From: Rhina ancylostomus
Taxonomy: Eukaryota
Direction of reading: 5' to 3'
Assembly: GCA_030265395.1 (NCBI GenBank)
Contig: JARFYF010000054.1
Location: 31,042,642-31,106,641 of the forward strand
Length of the DNA: 64,000 bases
The translations under genes and the position numbers were made by a program. Below the pieces are notes generated by a model. The model did no database searches and was not told where the DNA came from. It saw only the letters and a program-made list of their open reading frames with translations. Numbering within the stretch: position 1 is the first letter of the stretch; each line of letters opens with the position of its first letter. Below, piece after piece: positions 24,861 to 36,254 of this stretch.

Positions 24861-25761
24861 AACTAATGAGCTTGAATGTGATTTATCAACTAAGTGCAAG
24901 GGGAAGCTTAAAGGTGGAAAGAGAAGAAGAGAGCTCTATGCCTTATCATGCATTCCTCATATGTTTCTGCTTCCTTCCAGGACCAATGAGAGGGTTTGCC
25001 CATTCCCCACCTCCTGACCACAGGCCACCACATCCAATGAATCATCGCCGCCATTTCGAGTTGAGGTAAATAACTGTAGTGTATTTTATCAAGGGTACAC
25101 ACAGCTACTGCGGGCTGGTGGTGGGGTAAGGGGGGGCGTGGAAATGGATGCTCTGGGTGGGGGATGGAAAACCAGTCAAATAGGTTGCTTTCTCCTTCAC
25201 GGTGTCACACTTGTGTGTTGATGATCCTGCAGGTGGAGAGTATTTCATCACAGTCAGGCTGATGGGAGCTCAGGAGGACCAAAGGACTCATTTTAATATC
25301 AAAAATTTTACTTTCTTCACAAAATTTGCAAATACGTAGTAAAGGATATACGTTTGTTTGTTATTAGTACAAGACATATTATTCCATTTAGTTTATTTCA
25401 ATTTTCCTTAAGCAAATAGTCCAAGGGTTTTCTAACAGAGTTCCAGCCCCTCAGTATCCAATGGCAGGGGAGCCTTTCCCCTTCCAGCCTTTGTGGTGGC
25501 TGCACCAGGCATCAGTGTACTCCTCAGCACACAGTGCTGGACCAAGGTGATGTGCCAAGACATTCAGTCACAGTCAACTCCTTGGACTGGATAAATCAGC
25601 AAGTTGTGGGCGTGGGATACCAGGCCTCTGACTTGGTCTTGTGGCCATTGTGCTTATGTGGCTGGTGCAGTTGGATTTTGTGGTCGGTGAAGACCCATGG
25701 GAAGTTAATGATGGTTGTACACACTTGTGTACTATTATTAATCATGATATTACACAGTTAA

Positions 25762-25960
25762 CCCCGTGTCTGCGTGGGTTTCCTCCGGGTGCTCCGGTTT
25801 CCTCCCACATTCCAAAGACGCACGGCTTAGGAAGTTGTGGGCGTGCTATGTTGGCGCCGGAAACGTGGCAACACTTGCGGGCTGCCCCCAGAACACTCTG
25901 CACAAAAAGATGCCCTTCACTGTGTGTTTCGATGTACGTGTGACTAACAAAGAAATCTTA
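25762..25960 (+). mobile_element. Young V-SINE, 5'-truncated
   Basis: gggtttcctccgggtgctccggtttcctcccaca core; highly similar to the inverted copy at 37420-37686. Confidence 0.85.
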
Positions 25961-26957
25961 TAGTACGAATTGCTGTGTCCAAATGTCTTGGGTCTCCTCC
26001 ACCTGTACTTTTAAACTGTAAATGTTGGAAATCAAATAAAATCAGAAAACGCTGTAAACACCCAGCAGATCAGCTGGCGGTTGTGGAAGAGCTCAGTCAA
26101 AAGCTCCTCGAGATGGGACGTTAACAGTTCCTCTTTCTGCCTGTTGAGTATTTTCAACATTTGTTTTTATTTCCTGTAAATAAATACTTAATTGGCTGCA
26201 AACCTCTTGAAACATGNNNNNNNNNNNNNNNNNNNNNNNNNNNNNNNNNNNNNNNNNNNNNNNNNNNNNNNNNNNNNNNNNNNNNNNNNNNNNNNNNNNN
26301 NNNNNNNNNNNNNNNNNNNNNNNNNNNNNNNNNNNNNNNNNNNNNNNNNNNNNNNNNNNNNNNNNNNNNNNNNNNNNNNNNNNNNNNNNNNNNNNNNNNN
26401 NNNNNNNNNNNNNNNNNNNNNNNNNNNNNNNNNNNNNNNNNNNNNNNNNNNNNNNNNNNNNNNNNNNNNNNNNNNNNNNNNNNNNNNNNNNNNNNNNNNN
26501 NNNNNNNNNNNNNNNNNNNNNNNNNNNNNNNNNNNNNNNNNNNNNNNNNNNNNNNNNNNNNNNNNNNNNNNNNNNNNNNNNNNNNNNNNNNNNNNNNNNN
26601 NNNNNNNNNNNNNNNNNNNNNNNNNNNNNNNNNNNNNNNNNNNNNNNNNNNNNNNNNNNNNNNNNNNNNNNNNNNNNNNNNNNNNNNNNNNNNNNNNNNN
26701 NNNNNNNNNNNNNNNNNNNNNNNNNNNNNNNNNNNNNNNNNNNNNNNNNNNNNNNNNNNNNNNNNNNNNNNNNNNNNNNNNNNNNNNNNNNNNNNNNNNN
26801 NNNNNNNNNNNNNNNNNNNNNNNNNNNNNNNNNNNNNNNNNNNNNNNNNNNNNNNNNNNNNNNNNNNNNNNNNNNNNNNNNNNNNNNNNNNNNNNNNNNN
26901 NNNNNNNNNNNNNNNNNNNNNNNNNNNNNNNNNNNNNNNNNNNNNNNNNNNNNNNNN

Positions 26958-27400
26958 GTTCCATTGGGCAGGGCAAAAGTGGGCGGGGACACCCCCTCCA
27001 CAGCCTGCCGCCGTGATTGGTCGCCGCGCCCTCACCCGGAAGCGGGCGGCCTGTTTTTGTTTTGATGTAGCGCTCCTGTGGAAGGGGCGCAGCCGCAGGC
27101 AGGTCCGGGAAGGGGAGCCGGCGGGAGCAGCATGGCTTTCCAGGAGTGCTGGGAGGAGTGGCAGCTCCTGGATAAGGACTACCAGGCATTGCAGGTGAGG
27201 ACAATCCGCCTCCTCCTCCCTGGGCCGCGCCGCAAGCCGCCGATCCGCTCCCTGACCCGGGATTCATTGTCACTGACTCATTGGTTCCGCCCTCCGCCTG
27301 TCTCCCATTGGTGGATTGCTGGAGTCTCTTCCTTCTGATTGGCCGCAATGCCGTCAGTCCGGAATCGTGCTGATGAGGCGAGGTTGCAGCCAAGGGGCAG
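26958..27400 (+). promoter_or_regulatory. TMEM120A CpG-island promoter
   Basis: ATTGG (NF-Y) at 26963 and 27016, GC box GGGCGGGG at 26981, ETS CCGGAAG at 27036; CpG-rich through exon 1. Confidence 0.8.
27132..27194 (+). CDS. TMEM120A: TMEM120A (TACAN/NET29) exon 1
   Basis: agcATGG Kozak context; MAFQECWEEWQLLDKDYQALQ|gtgagg. Confidence 0.9.
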
Positions 27401-29206
27401 AGTTTATGGAGGCTGGTTTTAGAACTGCAACGTGTCCCATCTTTAAGGGGAAAGCAACCCCCTCAAATACTTCCTCTCCCCAATACACTGCCGCTTCGTC
27501 CCATCTGTACAGTTCGTTAAAAAATGCACTTGTTTTAATTCAGCATAACCAGCAAAAGCCAGCACTACTGTTAAATTTCATCCTCTATTTTTCGTGATAG
27601 CTATACTTTGCCTTTAATGAGAGTTGTTAACAATCATCTTAATGCAGACTTAAATCTTTATATTTTCCTATCTTTGTGCAGTGACTTGTTTCTGTCAGAG
27701 GCGTAGGCAAGAGTTGTAGGCAGGCGGGGAGTGTGACTGATTGAAGTGAATTACCATATTAGTGTATAATATAAACATTTATCGTTTAGCACTTATGATG
27801 CATGTTAATAAAAAGATTGTGGGGAAAAAAATTGAGTAAAATTCCTGTAAAGGAGAAAAGCTGGATGATCTAGTTTTTAAACTATCAATATAAATTTATC
27901 TGAAATGCCATTTTATATATTATGAATAAATTTACATTGATTACGTACGTCAACATTTACCAAACAACAAACTTTTACAATTTAACAATCTGTGTCTTGT
28001 AGTGGTATTAATTTTAGGTGCAAAAATAATTTGCTGTTCTTTGAATGACATGTCAACTCATTCAAAATCAGTGGCTATTATGTGGTAATTCATTTCACAA
28101 ATCTGTTATCCTGGTTTCCCCACTTACTTGTATTTCCCCTTTGACGTTAGACTTCCTTTCTGTATTGTGTATTTTCCTGAGAGGCATTGAATAATTCTAC
28201 TTCCATTTCACTGCCTGGGGATGAGGTGAGTTTCAACCAGGCTTAGATAATGAGATGAAGGGCAACTTTGACTGTAGTCTCATAGATAAATTTACTTGCA
28301 TTACTATTGCTGTTGGCTGCCATTTAAACGTGCACCTTATCATGTACACTTCATCATGAAGGTTCAATCATTAGTGTCACCTCAGTAGTAGAAGTTTTGC
28401 ATTCAAATTTAAAGACTATAGATTCAAGCCCTCTCTGACACCAACGTAGACTGGTGTATATTACATATAGGGAACCACATTGAAGGTGTTGACTTTCATT
28501 GAGGAGGAATGTTGATCATGGCTCAGAAAGAGTGTTGGTGGAAAGTGTCATTGAATCTTTGACATTCACCAGGGTAAGGCCAAAAGACAGCAGCTCTGGT
28601 TGTGCAAGTCCCCTTCAGCACTGCACTAAAATGTCAGCCTCGATCTTATGCTCATATCCTGGAATGCGTCTTGAAGCTACAAACTCCTTTGACTGTGACT
28701 AATCTTATGCAGGTCACAAGAAGGGCTTTCTAGTGGTGAAGTATATCACACGTGTGATCGAGATAAAGCTGAGAGATCACTGATCTCTTGCCAACATTCA
28801 ATCAACGTCCAACGTAAGCTCGCTTTTATTCTTAGGATGGGGACAAATTATCCCAAGGCAATATACAGGAGCATTATCAAATGTTTGCTGGGCCACATAA
28901 GTTATGTCGTTGCAGGTTAGCACAAAGTTAAATCATTGAGATTCTCAAGAGAGAGGAGGGATTGGTAGGGAACATTAGGACATTGCAGGTCTTGGAGTTT
29001 CAAACCAAGTGAGGTGGAGGAAACTGGGGATTAGAAGAGTGCGGAGATCATGGAAAATTGTAGCTCCACAAGAAAAACTTGCCTTTTCCATTTCCCTGAA
29101 CCGCTTGTTAATCTGTGGGTTGAAGTTCAGTTGTCAAGCAAAATGAAAGGTTTGCGGCTGGGAAGTTCACAAGAATATTTTCACGTTCTCTGCTTCTGCT
29201 GCTCAG

Positions 29207-29325
29207 GAAACCCACAAGCTTTACAAGCAGCAGTTAGAGGAGGTCATCAAGCTTCAGAATTCCTGCCTCAGTTCCATTGAACGTCAGAAGAAGAAATACA
29301 AGGAACTCTCCAAAAACCTTGGACG
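29207..29325 (+). CDS. TMEM120A: TMEM120A exon 2
   Basis: cag|[39 protein letters not shown]..|gtaaa, 119 nt. Confidence 0.93.
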
Positions 29326-29867
29326 GTAAATAACATTTTCAGTAGACGGGTTTGTTTAGCTTTATCCTTGGGTGTTCCTGCTCCCTCTTCTGTTTCAAAT
29401 AGTGTTGCTGTCTTCTTCCAGGAGAAAGAAGGGAAACAAAGTTAAGTGGAAAAGAACTTGCATTTGTATATTGTATTACACGTTCTCCCAAAGTCCCGGA
29501 CACTCTATTCTACATGCTTAAATAGTTGTGAATCATTTAACATGAAGGAGAAAATAGAGTTGACAATGTGTTCATTGAGGGTTAAGTATTTTCCACAGTG
29601 CCTTATAATCTTCTACATCCCCTCAGACTGTGATACAATCTACCCTCTCAACATTTTAGGCAAGAGACAGCACCTCTGTGTTCAGGGCTGCATCATGTTG
29701 TCAATCTAGATTATGAGTCCATAATCTTCTGACTAAGACTGGGGGGGCGGGGGGGCAGCCAGCTGAGCCAAACACATTTCTGTACTGTCTCAGTGGCCCT
29801 CCCACACTGCGGTGGGACTGGCCGGTGCTTGTCCGCCTGATTCCTGATGCAATTTCTATTCTCACAG

Positions 29868-29984
29868 ATGTGAGCCGTTAGACAACGAAGAGCATACGAG
29901 AGACACAGAGTTCATCAAGGAACTGATGAAGGAAAGGCAAAACATCTTCTTTGAAATGGAAGCTTTCCTCCCAAAGAAAAATGG
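29868..29984 (+). CDS. TMEM120A: TMEM120A exon 3
   Basis: cag|..CEPLDNEEHTRDTEFIKELMKERQNIFFEMEAFLPKKN..|gtaag, 117 nt. Confidence 0.93.
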
Positions 29985-30775
29985 GTAAGCGGTGATTGTG
30001 GAGAACCTTTCTGCATGATCCTTTGGGAATCGTCAATGAGTTTGTACTGCGGGGAGTGGGACCAACAATCAGTTTCCACACAATATTCCATCCATGCTCA
30101 CTGAAGATTGATCTGGGGCACACCCTTAAGTCACGAAAGTATTTGCTTGGAACCTGGGTAGTTGGTCAGGTGGAGAACTACATTAGAACAGGTTATCTGC
30201 CAAAACATAATTTTTTAATTGAAAATTTCCACCACTTCTATTTTAGAAGCAAAGAATTGAAGTTAACTGTTGCAATAGAGAATAAAACGTAAATGCACTT
30301 GGGCCACAGCTTTACATGTGTCTTCCTTCCCCTGGGTTAATGGGAAAGTTTCTCTTATTATTGATAGCAATGAATTTCCTGGCTATATAAACAGAGGTGA
30401 TTGGTTAGGAAGGGATCCCTTACAAAAGCTGGGAATTTGGGTCCACACGTTAGGATTCCTGCCCAGTTTGCTCGAATATAATGCACTTCACTGATCCGTC
30501 TCTTTCAGCTGTAAGAGAGGAAAGTCGACCAGCAAGATCCTCTCCTTGTCTGCGTGGAAGGTCCCCTGAGTCCCCGGGGGGGGGGTAAGGTGGGCGGAGT
30601 TGCAGATTGCCTGGCGTCCGCGCAGCTTTGAGAGCTGCCGTGGGTATCACCATTGTCTTATTCACACAGTGCATTATTGGTTTGAAAGCTGTCTCACTGC
30701 TCTGACTNNNNNNNNNNNNNNNNNNNNNNNNNNNNNNNNNNNNNNNNNNNNNCTGGTGCTCTTCTTCTGTTGCAG

Positions 30776-30835
30776 GTTGTACTTAACTCTGGTACTGGGA
30801 AATGTCAACGTGACTCTGCTCAGCAAGCAGGCTAA
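30776..30835 (+). CDS. TMEM120A: TMEM120A exon 4
   Basis: cag|..LYLTLVLGNVNVTLLSKQA..|gtgag, 60 nt. Confidence 0.95.
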   Translation, partial: VVLNSGTGKCQRDSAQQAG

Positions 30836-30919
30836 GTGAGTATCCGCAGGGCCCAGATCTGGGTTTGTTCGTCCCTTTGAACTTGCACGTGACTCTCTGC
30901 TGGTTTTCCACACTCCCAG

Positions 30920-31015
30920 GTTTGCCTACAAGGATGAGTACGAGAAGTTCAAGCTGTGTCTCACCATCATCCTGCTCCTCATCTCCTTCAGCTGCAGGTT
31001 CCTGCTGAACTCCAG
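30920..31015 (+). CDS. TMEM120A: TMEM120A exon 5
   Basis: cag|..[31 protein letters not shown]..|gtgag, 96 nt. Confidence 0.95.
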
Positions 31016-31144
31016 GTGAGGTGAATGGCTGACACGTGGCGTTGCCCCAACAAGTGTGGGGGAGGGCCCAGCGCCCGCACTCCACCCCCTCCTTCCACCA
31101 CCCCGCCTCACCACCGCCTGTCGGTGAAGCTCGATGCCAGGATG

Positions 31145-31545
31145 TGTGGGATCCGGTTACTTTCGAATCCGCCGGCTCTTTCAGGAGTCCAGGAATGAGT
31201 TGGAAACAACTTGGTGCTTCACAAAGTTTTATTGGGAAAGTTTAAACCAAAGAAACAGTCACAGGGCACATGGCACCGGCTTTACTACTGGGAGACGAGC
31301 CGAGACAAAAGGAACTAAGAATGAGCTAGGGTCAGGTGGGGGAAAGAGAGTAAGAGAGAGATTAACAAAAAAACGACACATTTTATACCTGAGATAAGAG
31401 GTACTCCTTAGCTAACAATAGTCCAGTCAGGAAACCTATTAGATACCTGTGGCAAAACTGACCAAGGAAAAAACACGTCCTCACCTGATGGATGAACCAA
31501 TAAGTTAGGAAGCGGCCATTCCTGTGCTGCATGAAACACTATACA
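31145..31545 (-). mobile_element. Candidate solo LTR in TMEM120A intron 5
   Basis: The minus strand reads TGTATAG...ATTGG...TATAAAA (~31381-31387)...AATAAA (~31228-31233)...CCCACA. No clean TSD found. Confidence 0.4.
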
Positions 31546-32029
31546 TTGTTAAAAAAACTACTTAAAACAGTTGAATCCGACAGTTGCTCAAGCATCTGCT
31601 TAGATTCTGGGCTGTTGAGCACTTGGAAAACAACATTAGTGCAGATTATCTGCCAAACCACTTTGTTTAATTGCAAATTTCCGCTGCTTCCACTTTGGAC
31701 GGAAAAGATTGAAGTTCTGCATTGCAGTGGAGAAGATGCTGGAAGGAAACTAAATGCTCTTGGACTACAGTTGTGTAGGGAAGGTTCCCCTTCCCCTTTG
31801 CTCCAACCAGCACCTCTCGAGCTGGAGGTGCTGCGGTTACTGAGCACGATTCCAGGATGCCATTTGCTCCTTGGGCACCTCCTTCACCTGAGAGATGCAA
31901 TGGTTTGGTTTCAAGCTGTTCCAGACCCCGTCCCTTGCTCAGCGTGGGCACTATCCTCTCAACCGTGCCCCGGGGCTGAAACGCTGGCAGACTTCAGCCT
32001 CCCTAACTCTCTGGTAGAACGAGGAAGGC

Positions 32030-32350
32030 TCGAGGGTGCAGCTGGTAGAGCTGCTGCCTCGAGCTGCATGATTCAACCCTGACCTCGGGTGCTGTCTGTG
32101 TGCTGCAAGTCCCCCTTCCGTGACTACATGGGTCCCTCCAGGTGCTCCAGTTTCCTCCTGAGTCCCAAAGACATGCTGGCAGGTTGACCGGCCACTCTTT
32201 GGTTTGGCTCAGTGGCAAAGATTGAGTGGAGTTGATGACCAGGTGTGAGACAGAAAAAGCTGTATGGCTGCAGGGGAGTAAGGAGCAGATGGAATGGGAC
32301 TGATGCAGCTAGTATGGACCCAATGGGCCAAATGACCTTCTGTGACTTAG
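32030..32350 (+). mobile_element. V-SINE
   Basis: tRNA-like head (gctggtagagctgctgcctc), core ggtgctccagtttcctcc and a CR1-like tail. Confidence 0.7.
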
Positions 32351-32639
32351 CAAATAATCCCTGCCTTGATAACGTCAAAAGTTGGTCAGCCCGAGGATCC
32401 TGCCTTCCTGCCTGAGTCGCCCTCTGGATAAACCAGCGGAGATGGTCTGGTACCCAGCAGGTCGTGTACCCTTATTCAGAGGTGGTTCAGTTTGTGTCCT
32501 GATACTCCACAAACCAGTGACGCTCATTCAGATTTTACATGTACTTAAACTCTGCGTCTTCATTCAGCCTGGTGACTCAGTTGACGGGGATATAGTGCAG
32601 GTGATTAACTTATCACCCTTCGCATTTATTCTCATGCAG

Positions 32640-32729
32640 GGTGGCAGATTCCGTGTTCAACTTCCTGTTGGTGTGGTACTACTGTACGCTGACGATCAGG
32701 GAGAGCATCCTCATCAACAATGGATCCAA
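32640..32729 (+). CDS. TMEM120A: TMEM120A exon 6
   Basis: cag|..[29 protein letters not shown]..|gtaag, 90 nt. Confidence 0.96.
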
Positions 32730-33607
32730 GTAAGGCCACCTCCACCCCTCTGAGAGCTGCACAAAGATCTCCTGTTCTCTACTGACGCATTTCTCACCTC
32801 TTGTTTCAACACCTCAGTCGTACGGTGGGTAGTCACCATCGTGCTGCTGAACTTCTCTATTGCTCCAAAGCCTTGCACCATCCACAAACCTGTAACCTTC
32901 CTCCTTTCCCATCATGATGAAGTCAAGACTCTTGATCTTCAAACTCTGGCATAGACTACCCGAAGAGGCAACAGCATTTGCTGTCGATACACTGTGAAAC
33001 TGGCAGCAACTTTGTACTGTGTATAGTTTAACATCGGAATCCCAAAGTGGATCAGAACTTCTCTGTACACTGCTGGATCTTGTATCCTTCTCCAGAGTAG
33101 TCAAGAAAATCAATTAACATTTTCGTTGACAAACTAGTCTCACTTTAAAGTACAGTGAAAAACATTGCACTTTGAGTTTTCAATGGCATCTGCCTTGGCA
33201 AAGCTCTGGCCCTAAGAAACTAATTTTTCTGTAGGTGGACTGTAATTTTCTCCCAGTGCTACAGCACAGATTTTCCTAGTCGAACACTGAAGTAGGCACC
33301 ATATGTGAAGGGCTTGAAAGGCAAATGGGCCTGTGGACCGGTGCTGAATAAATCTGTGTACAGCTCAGTCCTGGTGAAATTCCCCAGATGTGCACTGGGT
33401 TGGCGTATCGACTCTCACATCTGGCACCAGGTTGGGTTCAGTGCAGGATGTGTGACCCCACGCTGGGAAGGAAGGAAGGGGAGGTAACATGAAACAAAAT
33501 TATTCTAAATAAAATAATTTTTAAGTTTTATTTATTCTTCTGCAACACTTTTTAAATATTATTGAAAATCAGAGACAGTTGTATTTCTTTGTAATCCTGA
33601 CAGCCAG

Positions 33608-34209
33608 CTAAGCGGCGAGCAGGGCTTGGGGGCAGAGCTTCAGTTGGAAGTCCTGCAGCAGCTGGGCACGTCTGAGGTACTTTGACCCAGTGTAGTAGGC
33701 CCTCCCTGTCTGGACCAGGTACATTTGGGTGGGAGGTGATTGTGGGCAGTGAGCCTTGGCCCACTGGATTTTGAAATAATCTCTTTTTTTCAAAAGTACG
33801 TTGGCTTCTAAAATAACTATGTGTCTTTTGCAAACTTTATTTCACCCAGTTAGTTAAAAATTGCACTTTTTTTCTTCATGCTTTGCTGTCCATTCCTCAA
33901 TGTGATTGGCTGCTCAGCTAGCTGAATGACATCGCTGTCGCTGGATGCCAGTGATCCCTCTGGCAGTGGTGCCTGATAGCTGTAGGTGTCGGTAACAGAG
34001 ATCCACAGGTCCTCAAGGTTGTGGGCAGACACTGTCACTTCGTCACTGAACACATCCTCCAGGTCATTGTGTCCCGACATCCCTTTTAAAATCTGCTGAG
34101 CATCCTGCTTATTTTTGAACTTCGCTCTTGTACTGTGCGTCTTCTGCTCAGATTTTTGATTTTTAAAGATGTTGGGGAGTAAATGCAGATCTGGGCAGAT
34201 TTCTATAGA
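33608..34209 (-). pseudogene. Unidentified antisense coding-like segment (119-codon and 77-codon frames separated by a stop and a frameshift)
   Basis: G/C-ending codon bias, no resemblance to the local repeats, and TAG at 33610-33608 followed by tandem AATAAA at 33536-33527. Product not recognised. Confidence 0.35.
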
Positions 34210-34299
34210 CTAACAGGCAGTTTAAAACCTGTTGAAATCTCAGAAGCACAATGGTTAACCCACCCGACCGCTAATCCAGAGGCCAGGACTGATGTTTGA

Positions 34300-35090
34300 G
34301 GGACACGAGCTGATCCTCTGTGGAGGTTGTCCTTGGTCTGCACCTTTGGCATCGACAGGCCATCTTACTTGACCTGTCTTGACCCTTTAATACTGCGGCC
34401 CACAGCCACCCCTCCACTGGCTTCCAGCTGTAACAGGAGATCACCGGTAATGGCTCCTCTTCCCATTCCTGCAACCTGGTGTCCTGCAAGGGCCTCTCCT
34501 TGTCCCTCTCCCATTTCCCATCTTCAATGTCATTTGAAGATCCAGCATTACCCACCAGGTGGACATTGATGATCTGTCTCAGTCCCACCTCCCTCCATGA
34601 TCTCCAGACTGCCAGAATGCTCGCCTGACATCCAACACGGAGCGAGTAGAAATCCCCTTCGGCTGGAACTTGGGAAGAACAGATTGTCCACCCTCGCTAA
34701 CATCGGCTGCATTCATTAGGCTCCACCTCCATCCCTTTCCCTGAGGCCAAAGCAAACTGCTTGCAGTGCTGGCATTTGACCTGAGATCAGCCTGGGACCT
34801 CCCCCCTCCCCACCCCATCCATCACCCTGTTAAACCTCCTGTGGTCGGACCCTGTCTGTCTCTGTTCTCATTTGCTGCTGGAACTCTTGTTCTGCTCTGA
34901 AGTGCTTGTTGGCTGCTCCTGCACACTCCCAGCTCTCTCCTGCCTCACTCTGCCCTGTGTAAATGTCCAAAACTCTGCTGCCTGTGACTGTTCTCCAACT
35001 TATACCTGGTCGTTCATTAGCCATGCTCACCAGCCTTGTTCTCCCCTCCCTCGGTGGCCCTGCCCTCTGCGACCTCCTCCAGCCCCACCA
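34300..35090 (+). mobile_element. Decayed L2-like LINE fragment
   Basis: ggtgtcctgcaagggcctctccttgtccctctc (cf. GVPQGSILGPLLF) and gtccaaaactctgctgcc (cf. QNSAAR). Confidence 0.5.
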
Positions 35091-35477
35091 TCTGTGGATG
35101 GTCTCTTGGACCATGTCCAAGTTTATTCCTTTGGCTTCACCTGCAGAAGGCCCAAAATCTAGAATTCCCTCCTCAATCTCTCCATCTCCTTTTGGAACTT
35201 GCAACCTTTTGCTCGCCTGCTGAAGGACGTGGCTCAGTGTTGTGTTTCCGTTGTCAAGTACACTGCGAAGCCTCTCGAGGTTCAAGCCTTGGCCGTTGTG
35301 ATTGTTGGACTGTGGAGGCATCACAGCCCAGCCCCAGGGCAGTCTGCGATTGGAGCATCTCAACCAGGGGCTGCTGTTTCACCGCCCTGCAGTCAGGTGT
35401 ACGGCACACGTTGCTGACAGCTAGTGAACTTAGCTGTGTTCAAACACTTGTTTTCAAAGGCAAAGTACAGATATTCA

Positions 35478-35635
35478 CAAAGAGACTGCAGATGCTGGAA
35501 TATGGAGTGACAAACAATCTGCTGGACGGACGCACTGGGTCGAGCAGCATCTGTAGGGGGGAAGGGAATTGCCGATGTCTCTGGTCGATACCCTGCCTTT
35601 CCTCCTGAGTTCCTCCAGCAGATTGTTTGTCATAC
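35478..35635. mobile_element. Penelope-like inverted-arm short repeat, internally deleted
   Basis: gactgcagatgctgga...acaaacaatctgctgga paired with the inverted tccagcagattgtttgt. Confidence 0.65.
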
Positions 35636-36254
35636 AAGCACTCACAACTTGCACAGTATTATTCCCCTTCAAGGCCTGTTCAGTCCAGGACTGGTGGTTC
35701 CCTTTTGCTCTGAGGCCCAGACTTGGGGCATCTCCTTCTGGTCCAAGGTCCTCACACTGTGTTCCAGGGTTCGGTAGGGAGATAAATCCTGTGTGCAATC
35801 CTGTCTTGTCCCTTCTGTTCTCCTCCACTGAGATGATGCCACATTGACAGGCCAGTCCTGCTCTGATCCATTCCATCCACCTTCATCCCATTATCACTGG
35901 ACTTTTGGATGTTACGTTGCCACCTTCATCTTCCACTTCAGTCGTGAAGTACCTTGGTTGTTGGTAGTGAGCCAATCAACTACACTGAAGCACAAGATTG
36001 GTTTCTCCTGGCAGCTCAGACAAGGACCTCGCACCTCGAACCAGGCACCAGGTCAGCTCTTCCCCCTACTGTTGATGTCCTGGATGTCATCAGGATTCTA
36101 ACCTCATTACAGCCAAATTGCCAGTGTCTTTGTGTGTGTCATTATTTGGCCCCTGGTTGTCATTTGCTAGTCTGGTTTGTCCTGCGATTGAGTCGTTATC
36201 AGTTCCTTGCTGGTAATTATTTAGCATCTTTCAAGTACGTTGGGGGCCCTTACT

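Noticed and set aside
26093-27393. Several 270-400 aa ORFs in the ORF track
   Set aside because: They are artefacts of translating through the 741-N gap.
34830-35363. 177-aa minus-strand ORF as an intact gene
   Set aside because: Its distal half runs through a decayed L2-like fragment, and the candidate exon 35141-35413 has stops in all three frames from its acceptor.
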